Both the position numbers and the translations under genes were made by a program. Below the pieces are notes generated by a model. It was not told the origin of the DNA, made no database searches, and was given only the letters and a program-made list of their open reading frames with translations. This document shows positions 58,761 to 64,000 of a stretch of DNA of 64,000 bases, piece after piece (the first letter of the stretch is position 1; every line of letters starts with the position of its first letter). The DNA is from Callorhinchus milii (Eukaryota), in contig NW_024704742.1 of the NCBI RefSeq assembly GCF_018977255.1, positions 91,328,001 through 91,392,000 on the forward strand, written 5' to 3'.

Positions 58761-61700
58761 GATGGATTGCAATGATCACTTCCAGTCCTCTGTGATCCTA
58801 TTCTTTTAAAGCACATTTTTGACTTCAGAGAAGTCACTATTGATGTGCAGAATGTGTCAGCTGTGGTTTGTTTTACATGCAAAATGCTTTGTCCTTCCTG
58901 TTACCCTGATGTGCATTTCACTGACATCCTGACTTATGGGACTGAGGTGTGGGAGCAACACAGAAATAAAACCTAATCACTTTCCATTCTAACAGCTCAG
59001 AAGCAAATAACTAGTCACTCTGCATCTTTGCAGCTCCTTCTCTGTGTACTGTATTGGCTGCTGTAGCACGAAAGCTGATCGGTGCTGATGTGTGGGAGGC
59101 TTGCAGACCAGCTGTGTGTGTCACAGTGAATGGGGCCCGCATTACAACTGTGTTGTAACCACATTTTGCACTATAAAGAAGTACATAACTTGCTGGACTG
59201 TACCAGCAATCCTAAACCTGAAAGGCATTGTGTTATTATTTTGCTTTCTAACAACTTGTATTTATTTAGCGCCCTTCACATGGGTAGCTACATTGCCATA
59301 AGTGCATGTTTTCTGTGTTACTTCATTGCTGAAGAAGGTGAGGCTAGGTTGAGCTCCTGTAAAGAGCTTCTAGATAACACAGAGCTTCTAGATAATACGG
59401 AGCCGAACACTTTGGAATGAATGTAAGTGGAGCATTGCAATTGGCTTCAACATCCTTCATAATAATAATACTTGCATTTGAAATAGTGCCTTTATCATGT
59501 TGTGAAATCTTGGAGCGCTTCACAGGATATACGGTAAATTGGTGTGATTGTATTTTGTGGATGAACGCGGCAGCCAATGTGCACACAGCAAACAGCTTCG
59601 GCTAAGTAGAGGAAAATCACTCAGTCATTCTCTACCCCCCTGGGTTTGTGTGGACATTTGTATGTTATGGCAGAACAAGCCTGGGCTCAGTTGTGATACT
59701 CTATACCTCCTCTGCCTTGTTGAATAGCTTGTTGCTACTCACTATCTAAGCTTGCACATGAACAATGGCCATTCGGATGAGTGGAACCGTACCCCAGAGC
59801 AAGTCACTGGAGAAGGAAACAGGCAATACATCATTCTACACATTGTTCTCCATTTGGATTCCTCAGGCGTGAAGCCCTATAAAAAATACCATGCTCGAAT
59901 TAGACCTTCTACATTTTATCACAGCATTTACCAGATTTCAAAGTTTTCATTCATAGAGAATAAAGAACAGGACTTTCTTTTCAAACCAGGTACATATATG
60001 TTATACTTTACATACTGTAAATGGATCTAACACACATACAAATAAGTTATTTCAGTGGGTTCATAACGGCTCTTCCAGCTTGAGGCCCAGTGCACATAGA
60101 GAGTTGAAAGCCTTTTACTCCTCATCTGTTCCAAGCCCAATGTGAAATGGTTTGGGACAATATTGGTCAAGTTCCAGGCAGTGCAAGTCTGCAGACCAAA
60201 CTGGAATTAAATAGGCCATCAAGCTATGAGTGGCAGTTGAGGAATATTAATCTAGATAAGAAAATACTAAAAAGGTGACCCCTACATTTCACCACAGACT
60301 CTGGGTGCAGGTAATAATGAAAGTCAATTGTGTTCTGTTTGTTTGATTAGTTTTTCCCCTTCTCCTCCCTGTTGGCATGAGTGCCCTCCCTGAGTTGGCA
60401 TGACTCAGATGAATACAAGTGCATGGAGCCTTTCCACATCCTATTGTTCCATGTCATAGCATGTTGGCACATTGCCCTGTAATGAAAAGCACCGTGGGGT
60501 CGGTTCTGGTCAATGAATGGATTTAAATGTAGCTTTGCAGAAGTCTCATTTATATTTCAAGCTGTACACTCATATCTGCTGGCTACTCATAGTGAGGAAG
60601 ATGCATTAAATTATGAACATGATGGTTAGTTTGCGTGACCATGTTTGTAAAGTCCATCCAGTCCGTCTCTCCTCTTCGTGTCGGAAGTCTTCTGAAATTG
60701 TTTAAGCCATTTGTTTTGTAAGTGGCTGAATCTCCTGTTGTACATGACAAACCTATTTTTGATGTGCTAGGCTGATGCTTAATGGGATGGAAGGAATCTG
60801 GGAGCCTGCAAAGCCATGAATCGCATCAGGCTACTCCTGATGCACAGTGCAATACAATATGTAACACTGGCCTGTAGACAGACAGCTTTTTATTTGTATT
60901 AGCGAGTCACGCCAATTTTAAAGCCAAAACTCCCAGGTGGACTGAAGTTTTGCATAATTTTCTAGAGAGCGATGGATAGAAACGGAAGATATTTTTACAC
61001 GCATCTTGAACACTGGGTGAAGGATGTTAATTAGCCTTTGTTGTCCTTTTGCACTCTCCTTTCTTTGATCAAATTGTCTTTTGAAGGCTTTATTGCCAAA
61101 GTCGGAGAGGTTGGGGTCACGGACTAATCTAATGCTGTCAGACTTTGAATGCACTGAAATGGAAAGATAGGCCCATGGCCACACTCAGCCTTAAAACCTT
61201 GCCTGATTGCTAGACACTGGAAGGCCAGCAATAGGTTTTCAGGATGGATTAGATGGCACGCTTTCACAAGTTAAAAGTGGGCAACAGAGGAGCTGCTGGA
61301 AAGGAAGTAAGTGTGTTAAAGTTGCCAGATAAATCACTGCGAGTATAATCTGTCAAAATGGAAAAGTATATGAAATAAACCAAGTGTCACTGTTCAATGC
61401 ACCAAACCTTTAAAGCTTTAAAATGTTCCTGAATCAGAATTTTAAAGGAATCACAAATAGATTGTCAGCTGCTCTGTTGAAAATTGGTTTTGAGAAGGCA
61501 ACGTTTATATACTGTCGAAAAAAATCTCATAAAAATTGTTCTTAATAAATCTTGGCGAGCAATGTTTTTTTTAATAATTTAGTCTGTGCTGTCAGCCTTT
61601 TTCTAGCAGGGAGTCTTTTGTACCAAAGTACAGTACTCAGTAAACAGTCTGCATCTAAAGCCATTTTCTCATCCAATAAATGCTCATAAATCCAGAGGAT

Positions 61701-64000
61701 ATGAAATTATGTCTGATGTGAGCGAAGCGGCTTTCAGTTCATTTAGTCTGCCACTTTTTGGAAGCTTTCAGTCAAGTGTGACCAATGCTTGGCTTTGGAT
61801 GCTCTTGATATCTATCTGTTAAGTTGCTTACACCTTGATTCAGTGACCTTCAGTGCTTGGGATAGAGGAATGCATTTTTACTTGTGTTGGGAATTTTGAA
61901 CTTGGAGTTGACTCCAGATTGTGTTAACATCGCATCAGAATGTGACTATTCATTCCGCCTTTGGCGACGCAGCACTTGTGACACTGCCTCCACCTGTGCT
62001 GTCTGCTGCTTTTTCTGGTGTTTGGTGAGCTGAGCCTGCTGTGGATCTGGCTTCAACATCTTTTGTTGGCTTTTGAGTGAATTCCTGCTGTAGCGTAGAC
62101 TAAATTGATTAAGCCTTTGGTTTTACTGGGAAAAATAACATGCAACAGGAAATGAAACTTCCCTTCATGAGAATGTGTGTTTTAAAGTAAAATTTATTTG
62201 GATTTATTTGAAATAATTTGGAAGATTAGACTACAAGGTTCATTAATTGTCTCAGATGGAGAGTGTGTTTCTGTGTTCCCCTTTGTAATGAGATGGTATA
62301 TAAGTGCAAGTTGTTGGTGTTGATGAGATGCTCCATTTACATTGGTTACTTCATTGAAAGAGATTGAAAAATCCTTTCTTTCAGTTGTAAAGCTCAACAG
62401 CCTAAGTCTTGCAATGCCTGATGCGATTAGGTGGTGCAGCACTTCATGGGAAAGGAGAGCTCTTGATATCCATCACAATTGAGAGCCTATGGCACAATAG
62501 TAAGAACCATGACTTGAATTGTGGTAGTGGCCCAGAGAGATATTTTGTACTTGTATGCAAATGCGACGGCCAATTTGTGCATAGGAAGATCTCACAAACA
62601 GCCTGTGATTAGAACGACTGATATGTCTGGAGGATTATTGGCCAGGATACAGATTTACTATAATAAGCTTAGCAGAGATTGCTTAAGGTTGCTTTTCAGC
62701 TCAAGAACTGTTAGGTTATTGGCCTTCAGTGGAACAAACATCCTTTACATTTGTGGCTGAGCAGAGGATTGTAGTCATTCTCTGCTTGCACCGGCTGTTG
62801 GGTTCCATTGTGCACTCAGGAGTAAACACCTTTATATTGTACTCGGTGTGTCAACAGGGAAATAAAGGTGTATTTCCTATTGCATGCATATAAACTATTG
62901 GTTGTTAAGTTACATAATTAACAAATCCTTGCATTGGTTATTAATCGCGTAATTAAGGGCATGTGTAATTCCCTCTTTACACGTGTGCATTTACATGACT
63001 TTTACACATTATGCATAATAGACTGCATTGTTTTTTTGGTTGAAATGTTATCTCTGAGCAACATTCTAGGATTGGAATAAACAGCTTACATTTATAAGGC
63101 ACATTTCACATCAAGAAACACCATGGGGCACTTTTAAATCTTTAAACCCCAGAGGGTTTAATATAGAAGTGAATACAATTAATAAAGTAAGCTTCAGCTC
63201 TTCTGTTATTGTGGTCCAGTTGCCAAAAGTTTCTTGGCTCACGTTTTAAACGCAATGCAGCATTTTGGCTCTTAACTGTCTCTTTAAATTGAAGGAGCCT
63301 GAGTCTGTCTTTATTTCCAAGTAATTCCCAGCCAAGCTGGATAGAAGCAACCTGTTTTAACCCAGTGAAGTGATTAACTTTGGTGATTTGACAAAAAAAC
63401 ATTGTAAAATCCACCACAAGGTCACCCCAGGGGGGAAAGAGATGACTCCTGGCTTTTTATAGTCATCCTTGCAATTAATATAGTGCCTTTCGCGTCAGGA
63501 GGACGTCTTAAAGTGCTTCACAGGATTCACCATGAAGCGTTCTGTGTATTTTTGGAGGCAAATGTTTAAGTGTTATTTTTAGGGGCTTAATTGCTATTTT
63601 CTAACCAGTAGTCCAGCTGGGATTAGATTTGTCCCAAATGTTTAACTTTGGGAAAGAAACAAGACTTTGACCCAGACAGAAGATTTGGGGACAGAATAGT
63701 TGAGTGCGATCAAATAAAAAAATGGTTATCTGTAGATCATCATGAGCGGTTAAAATATTTTGTTTTGGGTAATGCCATTATTCCAAGTGTTTGGCTAAGA
63801 ATAAGCAACTTAGAATAGGAACTGAGCTTTTGGCTTTCCAGTTTAAAGATCTGAAACTCTAAAGTGCCGCTATTCATCAGTATGGAATGCACCAAAACAA
63901 CTGCAGTAATGGAGTAATTTATGTATGCCGTGCAGCTGACTCAGTGAAGGATCAACTGACTTAATGTGATTTTGCAAGTAAAAGATGACTGGGGCAAAAA

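Overview
Vertebrate genomic DNA, probably a cartilaginous fish; this is inferred from the repeat landscape (Deu-domain SINEs, abundant L2 and CR1), not proven. The left 7 kb holds the 5' half of a C9orf72 orthologue on the minus strand. It comprises a CpG-island promoter with a non-coding exon 1 and four coding exons whose sizes match human exons 2, 4, 5 and 6. An apparent exon-3 homologue carries an in-frame TGA. The remaining ~57 kb has no recognisable protein-coding exon. It is dominated by L2 LINEs, their partner SINEs, CR1 and RTE relics, hAT and Tigger MITEs, and several nested insertions. The most notable items are: a complete internally deleted Helitron that keeps its STPR-repeat N-terminus and helicase C-terminus; a decayed env-like frame joined to an unclassified element with a second inverted copy 40 kb away; GC-shifted repeats around the C9orf72 promoter; SINE/L2 stem-loop covariation; two long palindromes; and a candidate non-coding exon of an unidentified + strand gene near 41.8 kb. 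All alignments were done by eye and repeat boundaries are approximate unless a target-site duplication (TSD) is quoted.
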